Positions 39,308-53,300 of a DNA stretch of 64,000 nt are shown piece after piece (the first letter of the stretch is position 1; the number at the start of each line of letters is the position of its first letter). Below the pieces are notes generated by a model. The model was not told where the DNA came from, did not search any database, and worked only from the letters and a program-made list of their open reading frames with translations. Where the stretch lies: NCBI RefSeq assembly GCF_037042905.1, contig NC_087245.1, forward strand, positions 13,828,001 through 13,892,000, read 5' to 3'. Origin of the DNA: Lytechinus pictus. Taxonomy: Eukaryota. Position numbers and translations under genes: made by a program.

Positions 39308-40590
39308 ATTAGTCATGTTCCCACCCCCATCCATCCACCCCTTTCCTGGATGGTATTCAAAATTTAACTGCCAATTCACCAATGGTTGATGGGTCATTTT
39401 TTTGTTGTTGAATGATTATAAAATAATTATTCGAAAAAACCTGAATGTTTGATTGATAACATATTGAAAAAGGCTGAATCTTTAATTGATCACATTGATT
39501 GAGTTGATTCACTGATAAATTGTTGATTAAAAAGATTGAAAAGGTAAAAGCTGACGACCAAATATTTTCAGGATTTATTATTGAATTGACAGTCCTCTCC
39601 GCTCTGGACTTCATGCGTACATGTAATAGCAACCATTCTCGATCTCAACAGGAGGGGGTGGGGTCTGAAGGAGGGGTCTAAATGTATTGTTGACCAGTTG
39701 ACCCTTATCACATCAACCTACTTCACCAACCCAAGTCCTACCACTCCCATATTTTCCCGAGTCCCATGAACACACTGCTGAGATCCATACGATAAAGTTA
39801 AACGTTGCACTAAACATTGCAATTCATGTTCACTCATACATTACATTTGAATTTAATAAGTCATGAAATTTGCTCGTGATTGATCATTAATGTATCACAA
39901 GTCACAACAACCTCAACTTTGCAAGTTCCAAGGGACTCGCTTCTCAAAAACCGAAAGAAATTGGAAGTCTAATTCCAGCCCAGCCTAGTTGTCATACCCT
40001 TTGCTTAAGTGGGTGGGTCTCAAGCATGAATAGTTTTCCAACTGTTTGGTGCCATATGAAATTTGACTTTATTGGCCATCCATTATATAAAGATGTTTTC
40101 CCCCAAATTGACATATCTTTTATTTGGCTGCCATTTCAATTTTTTTTTAAGACGCACTGTATATTCACATGTAAATCTAGCCATGGACATAACATTATAA
40201 TAATATAGGTCCATGATCTAGCATTCATCTCCTTGTAGGGTACATGCTTGTACGCAGTAAGAAAGAAAGGACAAGAGGTCATTCACAGTAAGAGGCAAGG
40301 CTTGATGTAATAGAAAGTTCTTCTTTTCGAATCGGGTAATTAGTTTTTAGAACAGTCTCCCAGAAAATATGGTTTCAGCACCTTCGATAAATTCTTTCAA
40401 GAATCGGCTTGATAATCACTGAAAGGACATTGCTTTGTGTCAGACAATTAGTAATGAGTTCTTCTGCCTTATGCCACTTGCAACTACTCGAAACTTATAT
40501 TGTGGAACAAACAGTCCCATCGATCAATGAACAGGCAATTAAAGTCCTACAAGCATCAGTGCAATATGGATTAAAGTATAGTATACATAG

Positions 40591-40853
40591 AGCCTTTTCA
40601 CACGTGAATCTTGAATCATCATTGTAATGACGATTGCAATTCGTCTTTGGAATCATCGGACCTTTCACACTGAAGATTCGTACCGTAATTTGAGTGAAAC
40701 TAACTGAAATTCACCTCCGGAGTAGAATTTGAATTGGTGATCGTGATTATAGCGTTCGTGGTTTGGTTTCACACGTGCTAAAAATTCGTCATTAGCCTTA
40801 TTTTTCACTGGAATCATAATTCAAATTACGATTTTTTAATCCTGTGAAAGGGC
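40591..40853. mobile_element. Harbinger-like MITE (inverted fragment of the same family at ~26270-26366)
   Basis: GCCTTTTCACA ... TGTGAAAGGGC ends; ~80 bp aligns inversely with 26281-26365. Confidence 0.65.
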
Positions 40854-43306
40854 GATTGAGTATAGGCCTATGTCTGCAGCTGCAAGCCCATATTCAAAGT
40901 CTGAGAATTTTTTTTAGAGTGCACTGCGAAAGTGTGGATTATGATTGTATGAAATATGAAAGCAAACATTTGACGAGGCGCCAATATTCACGATCACATA
41001 GAGTGAGACGCTGTCGAACTATTGATGGGAGCTGCCGGGGGTATTCTGTTCTATTCGCTTCTGTGTGAAGGAGCATTAGCGGAGGCTCAGAAAATTAGCA
41101 CCTTGGTCAAAGCTGAAATTTCACTTTTCTAACGATGGTTATTCTTTCGTTTGAATATTAGTTTCACCCAAACTTATATTTTTCTTTCTTTTTTTAGTCG
41201 TGGAAAGAATAACTAATTCAATAGTAGCACAATGACTGACGGAGATCGTCAAACGAAGGAAAGGAGGAGGATGAGAGAGACAAGATATATGTTTTATAGA
41301 GAGGGAGAGAGAGAGAAGCGATAAAAGTGAAAAGCAATGTAAAGCTTAGAATCTCCTCTTTTATCTGAAGTTACTTAGATTATTCCTCTTTCACGCATGA
41401 GTGAGCAAAAACAATTTGAAGAAAGGATACCAAAAACTCATTTGGCGGGGGGTATCTGAATTTCAAAAAGAAAATCACATGCCTTAAAAGTTCAATATCT
41501 GCTCTTTTATTTGATACCTTAATCACAAAAAATGGTCAAGAAGTAAAAAAGTTATGTTCCCTCGGAACAATGCTTGTATTTCCATACTTTCATTGAATAA
41601 ACGTGTTTTCACTGGCTTCCCACAGAAGCTATCGCATGGTTAACAAAAGACTTAATGCATGGCTGATCGTCATCAAAACGGAGTGTCGAGTGAGTTTGAA
41701 TGCTAGCCTGTAACCTCTTCATTTTATGAAATTATTGAACTACTGGCACCCGGTATTGGCAAGTATTCCCTGAATTGAACCCCTGAGCAAATACAGCGAT
41801 ATTTCTTGTTATGTTACGGACGTCGGTCGTCCTTCACCTTTACCTACATCATTGTGTTTAGTATACAGCCCCACCTCCCACACCTCGCGCAAATCGTACT
41901 CTAAGCACGTAGTGTTGACTCTTGGGGCAAAAAGTACATCCTTTATAAAACATTTTAGTCTTAATTTTTTTATACCCTCGCAAATTTGACCCTAAACACG
42001 TAGCTTTCCTAACGAAAATAGATACTCTTTTTTTTTCATTATTTTAGCGTTTTGACACCCTTATTAGTTATTACGTTACGTACTAACGTGCCCTATCTTG
42101 AAAAAGACATAATTTTTACGTGTTTTTTGGTCGCGCATGGTATCCTCTTGTCAATGTAAGTGCCCCCCCCCCTCCCCCCGGGGTTGAAACAAAGAAAACG
42201 AATAGGAAATGAACAAGGAACGAAGAAATATGGGTTATGAAGTCATGTTTTGTCGCGCCTCTCTCGATATTTCAATAAGTTTTCTCTGAAAAGGTCATGA
42301 GTATCTACCAGATTTATGAGAGGCGATTAAGCAGGTATGTGCTTTCATCTGCAGAAAGAGGGCGTACCAAGGAGATATAACCTCTCTCCTTAGGCGTACC
42401 ATGGCGTACCATGTAAATAATTGATGCCTTTGAGCACCCGGCCACTTAAGCAAACAAAATATCCGTCATTTTCAATATGTACTCACCCAAACAAGTAATT
42501 CTCAAACCTCGTTCAATGTTCAGGAGAAAATCGGTTTCTTCGTGGGTAGGTCATGTGCAAGTCACAGGTCGAATAATAAAAGTGATCAGCTGCCAGACGA
42601 TAGGATCATTGCTATTTTCATCACAACGCCTGGTCTTTTCTCCCGCCTTTTCCTCTTATAGTGTACGTCATCTGGTAAGTTTTGATTTCAATAGCTCATT
42701 GATTCAAATTTCAGTTGTCGAGCCACGGTATTATAATTATGAAAGTGATATTACGTATTCGGATTATTTGATCTATTGGCACTTAGTATTGTATTGTCAC
42801 AATCATGACATCCGGGTTAGATTCATGGACCTATCCACGGAGGATTAGTCTATTGTTACTGGGGGTGCTGAGCATTGTCAAAGCACCCCCAGTAATAATA
42901 GATAATCCTCCGTGGCCAGGTCCATGGTTAGATTTTTGGTGTTACAATGATAAAAATATAATTTGTAAACAAATTTTCGGCATTACTCCTATGTGCTTAA
43001 GATCGCATGCTGGGTCTGTAATGATAATCATAAGTCAGAAAATATTGGAACCAGTGGGTTTCGAACCTGCCATCTATTGCTTTCCGGGCAGCGACTTAAC
43101 CACCAGGCTATTCTGGTTCACGGCTAAATTTCGATGAACTGGAACTCAAATACAATCGATCCTCTTATTTCTGACTCATTGATATGCAAATGCAGTCCGC
43201 CGTGGACAATAGATAGTGAATTATAATTTGTAAACAAATTTTCCACATTACTCCTATGTGTTTAAGATCGCATGCTCGATCTGTAGATCGATAAAAATAT
43301 GTTCCC

Positions 43307-43556
43307 TTTGTATAACGCAGCTACTATATTTGCATACTGCGCTTGGTAGCATAAATTATTATTACCCCGGCTGTAGCCGAGCCGCCATATAGGCGCTCAA
43401 GCATTCAAGGAATACTGGGTACCCATTCATCTCACCTGGGTCGAGTGCAGCACAGTGTGGGTAAATTTCTTGATGAAGGAAAACACGCCATGGCTGGGAT
43501 TCGAACCCACGTCCCTCTGATCGAAAGACGAGAGTCGTAACCACTAGACCACGACG
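43307..43556 (-). mobile_element. tRNA-derived SINE
   Basis: Minus-strand A box TGGTCTAGTGG, B box GGTTCGAATCCC, conserved tgcactcgacccaggtga..aatgggtacc core; fragments at ~15060-15180 and ~55540-55670. Confidence 0.8.
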
Positions 43557-43762
43557 ATAAAGACAATGATAAGATATGGAACATGGGACATTGAACAAAC
43601 AAACAAACAAAACACCTATTAAATAGTCTACTATCATTCCTCCACCTCCGGGCTCTTCTTTAAAATCTAAAAAATCTTGGTAATTCTATGAGGATATCAC
43701 TTTCATAGGGATGTTATTTTTAGACTGGGTAATAAAAGTTATTCCCAGCGTACTTGAGCAGA

Positions 43763-43919
43763 CAGGGGCCGCGGAAGCGCGGGGGGGGGGGGGATGGGGA
43801 TGGGGGGCTTCCAAAACCGTGTACAAAAACGTAAAAATTACCATAATTTTTTATGATTTTGATTTTTGCATGGTCAGCCCCCCCCCCCCCCCCACTTTGA
43901 AAACCGTTCCGCGGCCCCT
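43763..43919. mobile_element. Short hAT-like MITE
   Basis: CAGGGGCCGCGGAA / TTCCGCGGCCCCT; partial TSD agcaga on both sides. Confidence 0.7.
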
Positions 43920-46157
43920 AGCAGAGTTTGCCTTTGCTCTTTCCCTTACCGCAATTAATGGCCTTATGGCCACCGCACACCTAACGATTGCTCTGCGACC
44001 CGATATTGAAATCAAACCGCAGAAATTGATGCTAATATTGAGACATGCATGGAATATAATACTGTTTAATGATCTAAATCATCGTACGAATACCTATGTT
44101 CAATTCTGTGACTATATGCTATCATCCTTATCATAATAAAAGCGAATTTAATATTTTATCGTGGTGACGTCACATCAATCGTATGATTCGATTGGCTACG
44201 ATTTGAAACTAAATTGGCATTCGCTCCCGAATTAAAGCCTTGGAATCATCCAAAATTGTTATATTAGTATTCTTTCAGTTAATATTGAATCTCAAATAAG
44301 ATACTTTTTATTCACATTTTCAGAAATTAAGTACTGAATGCGATTTGTTCCTAAATCGGATCGTGGACCAGTCGTAAGGTGGCCTTTAGACCCGTTGTTT
44401 TCACTCTGGATCTGTCAATAATCCGAAATGTCATGATACCCCACTCCGGCACTTCGCAATTACCACAATATTGGATTTTGGATTGACTGCCATCAATTTA
44501 AATTCTAGCCTTAAATAAAAAAAGGGCGAGGATTTATACAAATATTGACTGTGCATGAGGATGACTGTGTAAATTATCATTCCCGATGTGCGTTTCATAC
44601 CAGCCCTTCTTCTATCACCCTGAGGCCTTGGCCGAGGGGTGATAGATGAAGGACCAGTGTCACAGCGTCAGATGTCCATCTGCGTCAGATGTCCATCTGC
44701 ACCAGATGTCCAAATCAATGTATGGTGTCTTCAAAGAGACCCAGCAAATTTTAAACGATGCGACCGCGTCCAATGTCCAGGCGTGATCGCGATGTCGTGA
44801 ATATTAGTGCACAGAGGGTCAACGTAGTCTAATTTTAAGACCCTTTATAAACTTAATACTGAAACTAAGGTAATGAGATAGGATTGTGTGACAAATGGTC
44901 TAATTTTGAGACTTGTTACTTTTCCTTATTATTCCAATGGACTGCTGGAATGGTAAACATAGTCTAATTCCGCAGAATTTTTTTTAAAACAAATTAATGC
45001 ATTATGGCATTGTGCCAAGTAGTTGCTGACTTTCTGAAAAATTGAAAATATTTAAAAGGAGATAATATTGACATCTTTACCTCAAGATCGATATATGAGT
45101 GTAATTCCATGAGAATTGGTTGAAAACAGACCTGACTAGTTCAAACAGCAACAATTTTACCTAATTTTACTATTTTTAATATACTGTTACCGTGGCAACA
45201 AATTTCTGACACGCACATAAAAATATGTCTTGGACATCATCTTTGCCCCAATTTAATGTGTATGCCAATTATGACAATTTGTTGAAAACTGATGAAGTAA
45301 TTTATGAACCGCAGGATTTTTACCCAATTTTCGCCATATAATATGTTGTTACCATGACAACACAACTTCCAACACATGGGGAAAATGTGTCTTGCACATC
45401 TACACCCAAGACCAATGTGTAGGCCTATTCCAAATTTCATGAGAATTTGTTAAAAATTGAGGAAGTATACTAGGCTTTAAAGTAGACGTCGAGGCCCACC
45501 ATATTTCACATCTTCTTATCTGCGTCAGATTTCCAGGAAAAAATGCAAGAATAATTTTGAAGGTACTAGCATACAAAATTTAAATTAGTTTATTTAAAAA
45601 ATGAGGGTAAGGTGTCTTAAAATGTGTCAATATATACGAAATTTAAGCGGGAGAAAAACATTTTGTGGCTTTCTTTCTTTGTTTATTTTTTGTTAAAATG
45701 CATGGGAAGTCATGTCTAACTATACTTTATTTGCCAGATTACACTGCCATCTGAATACAGAGCAGTCCATATTTGTTTTATTTCGTACCTCATCGATATT
45801 AACATGACTCTATCCCCAATCGACTACATTTCAGGCCCACTAATGCATCAATCTCAATTAGATTCGTCAAGTTGTAATTTAAACTAGCTGCACTTCAGGG
45901 GCTGCTTTGCTACTGGCCATGCAGGACAACCGATAAATCCAGTTGGCCAGTCAGCCCGGCGCGCCGTTGACTGCGCGTAAATGACCGAGCAGCAGCAGCA
46001 AAACGCAGCCACTGTACATAGTTTTGTAAATATATAAAATGCAAAAGAAGAATACATTGTAAAGTTTTCTCCAAAGTGGCTCCAATACCCCAATAAGGGT
46101 GACATGGGTCTAATAAATTAATTGTCATTGTCAGCTAGATGCGCGCGTAGAAACACA

Positions 46158-46480
46158 AATTGTGGTCCCGCCCTCAGGAGTTACGAGTACGATCAGAGGG
46201 TTTGGTAGAAGAAAATTGTACGGTAAGGAGACGATGATAGACGAAATAGCACCGCGTCACGTGATGCAGTTTTGACCAATCAGAGATGACAATCTTAGTA
46301 TGAGGTATATAACACAACTTGTGGCCCCGCCCTCAGGGGTTACATGTACAGGTACTCAGACGGTTAAAATTGACAGTAACTCAAACCCCTGAGATGGTGA
46401 AGGAGGAATAGCACCGCGTCACATGATGCAGTTTTGAAAATGCAATCAGTGAAAACAATCTTAGTATGAGGCATATAATA
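46158..46480 (+). promoter_or_regulatory. Tandem pair of promoter-like modules (GC box, E-box, CCAAT, TATA)
   Basis: CCCGCCC; GTCACGTGA 46256-46264; CCAATCAG 46276; TATATAA 46306-46312; second degenerate copy 46321-46480; ~0.5-0.8 kb upstream of the CYP ATG. Confidence 0.4.
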
Positions 46481-46623
46481 ATACACCCAACCCTCAGTAT
46501 TTTAACCCAGCTTCTCAACCTGGGTTTAGATGGACGATGTCATGCTTCTGATATTTGAAATGATAGCAAATCGAGTCAGCCAAAACTAGTTTTTTTTAGT
46601 TAGTACAAAATGACCTTCCTCTT

Positions 46624-46780
46624 GGGAGCGTTTCATCAACATTTTTGTCCGACAAGTTGTCAGATCTGACATCTTTCCTTGATTTTGATTGGCTGATAAG
46701 CAATGTTACTATGGTAACTGTCGGATAAAATAGGACTTGTCGGATAAAACGTCTGACAAGTCCTTTCATGAAACGCTCCC
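46624..46780. mobile_element. Short palindromic MITE
   Basis: GGGAGCGTTTCAT ... ATGAAACGCTCCC TIRs. Confidence 0.8.
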
Positions 46781-46954
46781 CAGATCATGCGTAGAATCTT
46801 TTGATCATGCGCAGAAAGGAACTACGAACTGGCTTGATCTACTCCATAATGAACCAGTACAATCTTTCAAATTGACTTTGCATTTTTTGTAGACGGATCA
46901 ACTCAAAAGTCTTGACAAGAAGTCTGGAGGCAGTGAAGAGAGCAATGTACAACC

Positions 46955-47187
46955 ATGTCTTCTCTAGTGAATATCCTTAAGGGTGCGGTGGAGTACATCG
47001 GGGTTACAAACCTCTTGGCCGCGACCACGTTGTGTCTTGTAACTTACTGGTTTATCCGTACCAACTATTGGACGTTATTCTATCGTCTTCCCCCTGGTCC
47101 GCCGGTCATCCCGCATCCCCTCGATGGTATTCTGGAATTGTTTCCAGTCAAGGATCGTTTCGGGCGTTTGATCCAACTCAGTAAAAG
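46955..47187 (+). CDS. Cytochrome P450, clan 2 (CYP2-like), coding exon 1
   Basis: accATG; N-terminal membrane anchor and LPPGPP hinge; gtaaag donor (phase 2). Confidence 0.9.
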
Positions 47188-48119
47188 GTAAAGTTGAGAC
47201 AATCACAGAATACCTTCAATAATACCTAACAGTTTTCATCAGAATGATAGCGAGTTAAATTTATTCATTGCGAATATGTACATAGAGGAATCAAATATGA
47301 TTTAAAAGTAAAATCGACTCGTGTCATCTGTCAACTTCTTGTATGTCTGTTAACTTGGGGATGAACGATTCTGGTGCCTGTTTCATAAAAAGTACAACTA
47401 CACTGAGTGATCCATGAATAGAAAACATCTAACTAATTCAAAATTGCGAGCGGGAAGCGCGAGCTGATTTTTTTTTAATAATTCAACCTGAACACTCGAT
47501 TGTAGCCATAAAGAGGATGGATGCAAACAATATTGATGCGAAGGCGAAGCGCCAGCTGAAAATTTAGATTTCCGACCAGAAAACTCGACATTTTTTAATT
47601 TTTAATTAACTGATCTGAAAAAAGCACCTGTTAATAACTGTTTGCAGTGACTCATGAATAAGGACGGTTAAGCACTTTTTTAAAATAAAGAACACAGTAA
47701 ACAAGCGAGCTTAGAGGGTGGGCATAGAACTAAATAACTTTTGCGACCGCGAAGCGCGAGCTGTTTTTTGTGTCGCACACCCACCCCCCCCCCCCCCCCC
47801 ATTTAACGACGGCCCTGCTTGTAACATTTCAATTGCTTCATTAATACTTCAGATTTAAGTGTGCATGGTAGTTCCCATAAGGGCAAAGAAATGGTTCCCT
47901 CATCAGTCTCATCACTTCTCGCAGATGGTATCGTTAAACGGCAACATGCATATTAACCTTCAGGGTTTGTTTCTTCTTACGATGAGATAATCAATGTGTC
48001 GAGGAATACATTTTTAAGTTTATTTGGCTATCGTTGTTTGCCTTCAAAAGACATTTATGTTGATGTGCTCTGAATAATTTCATCGCACTCTTCACTAACC
48101 TCTTGTTTATATTTTCCAG

Positions 48120-48271
48120 ATATGGCGAGATATATTGTCTGCGAATCGGCTCAAAAATGTTTACTGTGATTTCAAGTCCTAGTCTTGTCAAAGAACTCAT
48201 CGTAAAACAAGCTGATGTAACATCCAACAGAATCCCGCTTCCATTCTTAGCCCAAACTATGGGTTACACTG
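48120..48271 (+). CDS. CYP2-like exon 2
   Basis: RYGEIYCLRIGSKMFTVISSPSLVKELIVKQADVTSNRI...; phases are compatible. Confidence 0.92.
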
Positions 48272-48706
48272 GTAATTGCATAATTTTCTTGTCACAATAA
48301 TTATTAATCAAACATATCCAAATATCCACATAGTCTTTCGAAAATTTGAATTGCCTGCCATTGAACGTCTATAAGTGTTCGCTAAAATGGAGACTAGAAT
48401 CTTTGAGATCCTATATATATATGTATATGTATGTTATATGATGCAACCTGTTTTGGATAATAAAATCATCCCTGAAGAAGGTCTATGACTGAAAATTCGG
48501 AAGATTATGTCTCCTCACGGCGTCTTCTTTTGTTTATATATATATATATATATATACATACATATATATATATATACATATATATATTTAGTTATTTATT
48601 TATACATGTATATATGTCCACTCAGTTCTATCAATGTAAATATTCAAAGAACCATAATAAAGTTTATCAATGTGTTTAAAGGGCAGTTTCTTTTCTTTTT
48701 TATCAG

Positions 48707-49101
48707 GGGGTATTGCCTTCAGTGAAGGGGAACCCTGGCAGGAACTCCGTCGATTTAGTCTCTCTGCTCTCCGTAACTTCGGCATGGGTCGGAGGGGAAT
48801 CGAGTCGCGGATACAGGAAGAAGCGCACATCCTTTGTGATGCATTTGCTGGAAAGTCCGGAGAGGCATTCGACGCCATGCACCTCACAAATGCAGCTGTT
48901 TCCAACATCATCTGCACTATCACATTCGGGAGGCGGTTAGAGTATGATGATCCTATTTTCATTGATATGATTCGGAGGCTGAGGAACGTTACAAATGTAC
49001 TCGGGATAAATCCCATCATTCGGGGGCTTATGAGAAGATTCCCGGTGATACTAAGGACTCCGTTTCTAAAGGGACCAAGAGATAACATTCTGGGGATTAA
49101 G
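48707..49101 (+). CDS. CYP2-like exon 3
   Basis: GIAFSEGEPWQELRRFSLSALRNFGMG (WxxxR helix C), AVSNIICTITFGRR. Confidence 0.95.
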
Positions 49102-50052
49102 GTAAGAAAGCGATGCCATTATACAAATATTGACTGCGCATGAGGATGACTGTGTAAATTATCATTCCCGAGGTGCGTTTCATACCCGCCGGGTACCGTA
49201 CGCTGCCCAATTCTCGCTCACCCTCACAAGCGCGATGCGCACGCTGCTTATTATGATTATCATTTTAAATTCGTCCCAAATTCCTTATTGTTTAGTATAC
49301 TCGCATAATTAAGCACCCAAGAGGAGACCATTACATGAAAAAACAAATTGTGGAAAAATAAAATAAATCCCTTAATAAATCATCGTGAAATACTGCTTTA
49401 AATGTAGGGTAACCCGATAACTGTTTGAACTTCGATCAACTGTACCGCAACTGCACCAAATTACGGTTTTTTCAATCACTTTAAAAACTCCTAAAAACAG
49501 TGAAATTTTTTATATACTTATATGATGAATGAAAATGTGAGAGTCACAGGTGCGGGAGGTCCTGATATGTCGTCACGACAAATTTTTCTAGGATTGAATA
49601 TTTGTTGTGTGAATGAATTAGCGAGGGCATACCTTGAGATAGCAGCCTGCCCTAACTCCGCTCACCCTGATTGTGTATGATAATCATTGTAAGAGTATAG
49701 GGCCTAAACGGAATTGTCATAATTTTTCAAGTACACTTTTCTTTAGAATCTGATTTTTTGTGTCATTTCCTCTATTTTGAAGGTGCTGAACATGAATCCG
49801 CTTGTTGCCAGTTTCATAAATGCCTCCTTCCGCCGTTGCCATGGCAACTGATTAATATGTTTTAAAAAAATAACATATTGAGCCTATATATATGGCACAT
49901 TACCCTGTCAATTTAAATGGTCCAATCTATCATTCTTAAGCCTTCCAAATTCAATTTCTAGATATAGGCCTATCAAGTCATCAAAGTATTTGCAAAAGAT
50001 CCATTGCCATGGTAACGGTTTATCTTTCCCGCAGAAAAATAAAATTGTCTTG

Positions 50053-50330
50053 ATTGCCTGCAGAGACAGGGCGCCGCTTTTTCCGACGGCGCCGCGCGGG
50101 CGGCGTCGTAAACATTGAAATCTTAAAACAGGATAAGTTTGTGAAATGTAATCATAAGTTTGAAATAGGCCTACAGGTTTTTATAGCTATCATGAAACTT
50201 AGAAATAAGGGAGTCAGTGAAAATCCTATAGTGAGTTTCAGGTCATGCCACGGTCAAAGGTAATTTAAGGTCAATGAACTTTGGCCAATGACGTTGGGGG
50301 CATTTATTGAATTGCCATCATAAATCAACA
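50053..50330 (+). mobile_element. Degenerate Helentron/DINE-like fragment
   Basis: ggcgccgctttttccgacggcg...gtcaaaggtaatttaaggtcaatgaactttggcc. Confidence 0.6.
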
Positions 50331-53300
50331 TTATGGTGGGAAAAGATGAATGGTGGAAAATGACAATGAAAATGCCAAAATCTATATAGGTTTGACCAAT
50401 TCATTTGAATTAAATATCGAAAACAACAGAGTGTTCTGCATGGATATAAGTTCATTTGAATGCATGGTAATGGTATGTTGCCATGGTAACGCCTGATTAC
50501 TCTACTAATTCAACTCGTGAATTTAATATGAGATGAAAATTAAGTGTAAACAATGTAGGAATGTCTGAATTTATTTCAGGTCATAATTCAGTATAGGCCT
50601 ACCTCATAAGAAACATCGCTTCAATACGAATAGTGGTAATATTTGCTTGTACAACTTTCTAAGAGAAATCAGCTCGATTGATCAGCCTATATTATTATGC
50701 TCATTATGTTAGCTAGAGCAGATTATAACTGTAATGCATGAATAATAAAGTAAGTCTTAAAAGAGATCGAAAAGAGATCGAGTGTCATATGAATTCATGA
50801 ACAAATTTTTTGCCCCTTGCCCCCCCTACTTTTTGGGAAAGATTTCCGCCCCTGATTCAGAGAAAAAACGAGACATTTTAAGCACTTTTGTAATGATGTT
50901 TTATCTTACAAACCGAGAATGACTTGAAAACAAGACATGAATAATGAAACAAACGGGCAATGCGGGCGCGAAGCGCAGGCTAAATAGTTATTTTGTTCTA
51001 AATGAAGGGTACAGGTATTTGTCGGTCCCCCAACTCTCATTTTCGTCTTGTCTTCTTCCTTTTATTTTCCTTCCTCTTAATCTTTTTTTTTCATTTCATT
51101 ATTTTCCTATTCCGGCCTTGAATGATACCTCTTCCGTTGTCTTTTTTGCGACGCGGCCTTTTTTTCTTCTTTATACTCTTTTACATTTTCCTCTCTCACT
51201 TCTCCTATGATTTCTTCTGTATCTCCCCCTCTCTCTTCCTTTAGCTGAGGGTGACGAAAAATAAAAGCCCCTCGGTCGTCAACGATTTATCATGGAGCAG
51301 GCAGATAAGCTGACGTTTACAGAAATGTTGAAAGATGATAAAAAGAGTTTGTCACTGTTCACCAGAAATATTTCGAGATTTAATTGTAATCATTGTCCCG
51401 GCCCAAAGTGTTTGGGAAAAAGTTTTACAAAAATTATCTTGCTCTATAACGAATCGTAGGGTCATCAATGCTAAAAAATGAGACTTTGATGTTTATCACT
51501 AAATACCGACGTATACAAACAACTTGGAGATATAGGGATAGTTTTTTTTTCTGCAGGGGTGAAGCCCCTCCCCCGGTTCCGCGGCCCCTGGCATGTCTTC
51601 TAGGCTATTATCGATCGTAATACTGTTTTTTTTTATGTGGCGTATTCATATTTTGATGATTACCAATATTATTTACTCATAGTATGAAATTTAGGGATAA
51701 TTTAATTGGAATGAAACAAAGATTTTATACACGTCACCTCAAATAGATGTGTAATTAGGCCTATATGTGATAACTTATGAGCCTTATGATACATATATTT
51801 TATGTTAGGCCCATACGCATTATCTGCATGCCTATCTGATTCATATCTATAAATCTAAATAAAATAAAGAATTTAAATGAATAAATAAGAAAAAATCTCC
51901 CACTAATGGGCCTATATAGGCCTTTTGAACTCGGTCAGTAGTTTCCTGATTGATTTGAATAGATGAAACTTTGATGTTTCTGGAGATTTCCTTTTTTTAA
52001 TTGTGTTTTGTTTGAAAACGGAACAGGATTTAAATTGACCAATTTATTTTGAACAAATAGAATTTTCTTGAGTGCCTTTTTCCCTCTCCTATTATTGACG
52101 GGAGTTCGAATATGAACTTAAACCAGCGAGGTGATTAAATATTTATTGTTGTTTTTCAAGATGAGCTTTTTTTAAATGAAAGTCAATATAAGGGAATCCC
52201 CCCAAACATATTATCGGAGTTCAGGGTTCAAGGTTTATGCACATCAACATTTCGCATTTTCAAAAAATCAACAATTCAATACAAACAATAATATTATACA
52301 ATACAAGTTTTCATAGATAAGCATAAATAAACATCGTAAAAATATGAAATGTATACATAATATAACAATAGAAAAAAAGTACTAGAATGTATTCTTGTAA
52401 TTGGTTCTAAAATTATGACAAAGAAAGAAAATGTGAGATGTGGATATGAGGGAGCTAAAAGTAAAAGCAAAGCTTGTTGGATGAAGACTCCAAAGAATAT
52501 GCAGTGAGAGTCCCATAAAATATCAATACGACAAGAAAAAGTAAAGAGTAAACAAAAAAGTGGGATACACGAATACATACTTGATAAATAATGAGTCAAG
52601 ACAGTGTAAAACCAACAAATTTGAATTAGAACCTGAAGGAGGATGCAAATAATTATTTCTAATAAAAAAAATAAATAATGGAAATTAATGGTCAATGGCA
52701 TCAGGGGGCGATGAGCGGAAGGGACGACAAGGGGGGGGGGGCACTCAAGTTGGATGAGTGGCGAAAATGATTACTTTGAATGGCGAATGTGCTAAAAGAG
52801 CTTTATAGCGTTTTATTTATAAGAATGTAAATTTATCAATATTGATATTTTAAGTTAATTAAGTTAACTTAACTATATCAAGCATGTTATTCTATTATAT
52901 ATATTGTTTTTTAAACATTTTTGTTCATGCTGACTCTTTTATCCGCTTCCGATTTTATGTAAGCACCCTCATTATAGCACTGGTTAGGGTCATGGTCTTT
53001 ATTGACAACAGTAATTTATTTGACCCAGTGGGTGCTCAATCTATACTCTGTTATTACATTAATTGTTCCAATTTCATATACTTTTAATTTCCGAAATAAA
53101 TAAATAAATAATATACTCATTAAATTCATGAATGGATTAGAATCATATTCATATTATTAGACAATTGAAATCAGTTAAAAGTTTGTCGGGAAAGGTTTTA
53201 TGAAAATATGTATTTTATAAAAAAATACGGAATAATGTTTGGAGGATAAAAAAAAATGATATATAGGCGTAGATCAGTAACAAAAAGTTGAGGCCCTAAA

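Larger units (their letters stand above)
36631..40159. mobile_element. Tc1/mariner-type non-autonomous element with long imperfect TIRs, hosting nested inserts
   Basis: TA|CAGTGCGTCTAAAAAAA ... TTTTTTTAAGACGCACTG|TA; inverted similarity extends several hundred bp inward. Confidence 0.8.

Noticed and set aside
44534..44601. Remnant of an upstream CYP paralogue
   Set aside because: Similarity to intron 3 stops short of the exon-3 donor and no CYP coding remnant is visible upstream; kept only as one alternative in the duplication finding.
48600..49088. Antisense ORFs over CYP exons (also 55669-56244)
   Set aside because: Shadows of the sense coding frame with no independent motifs.
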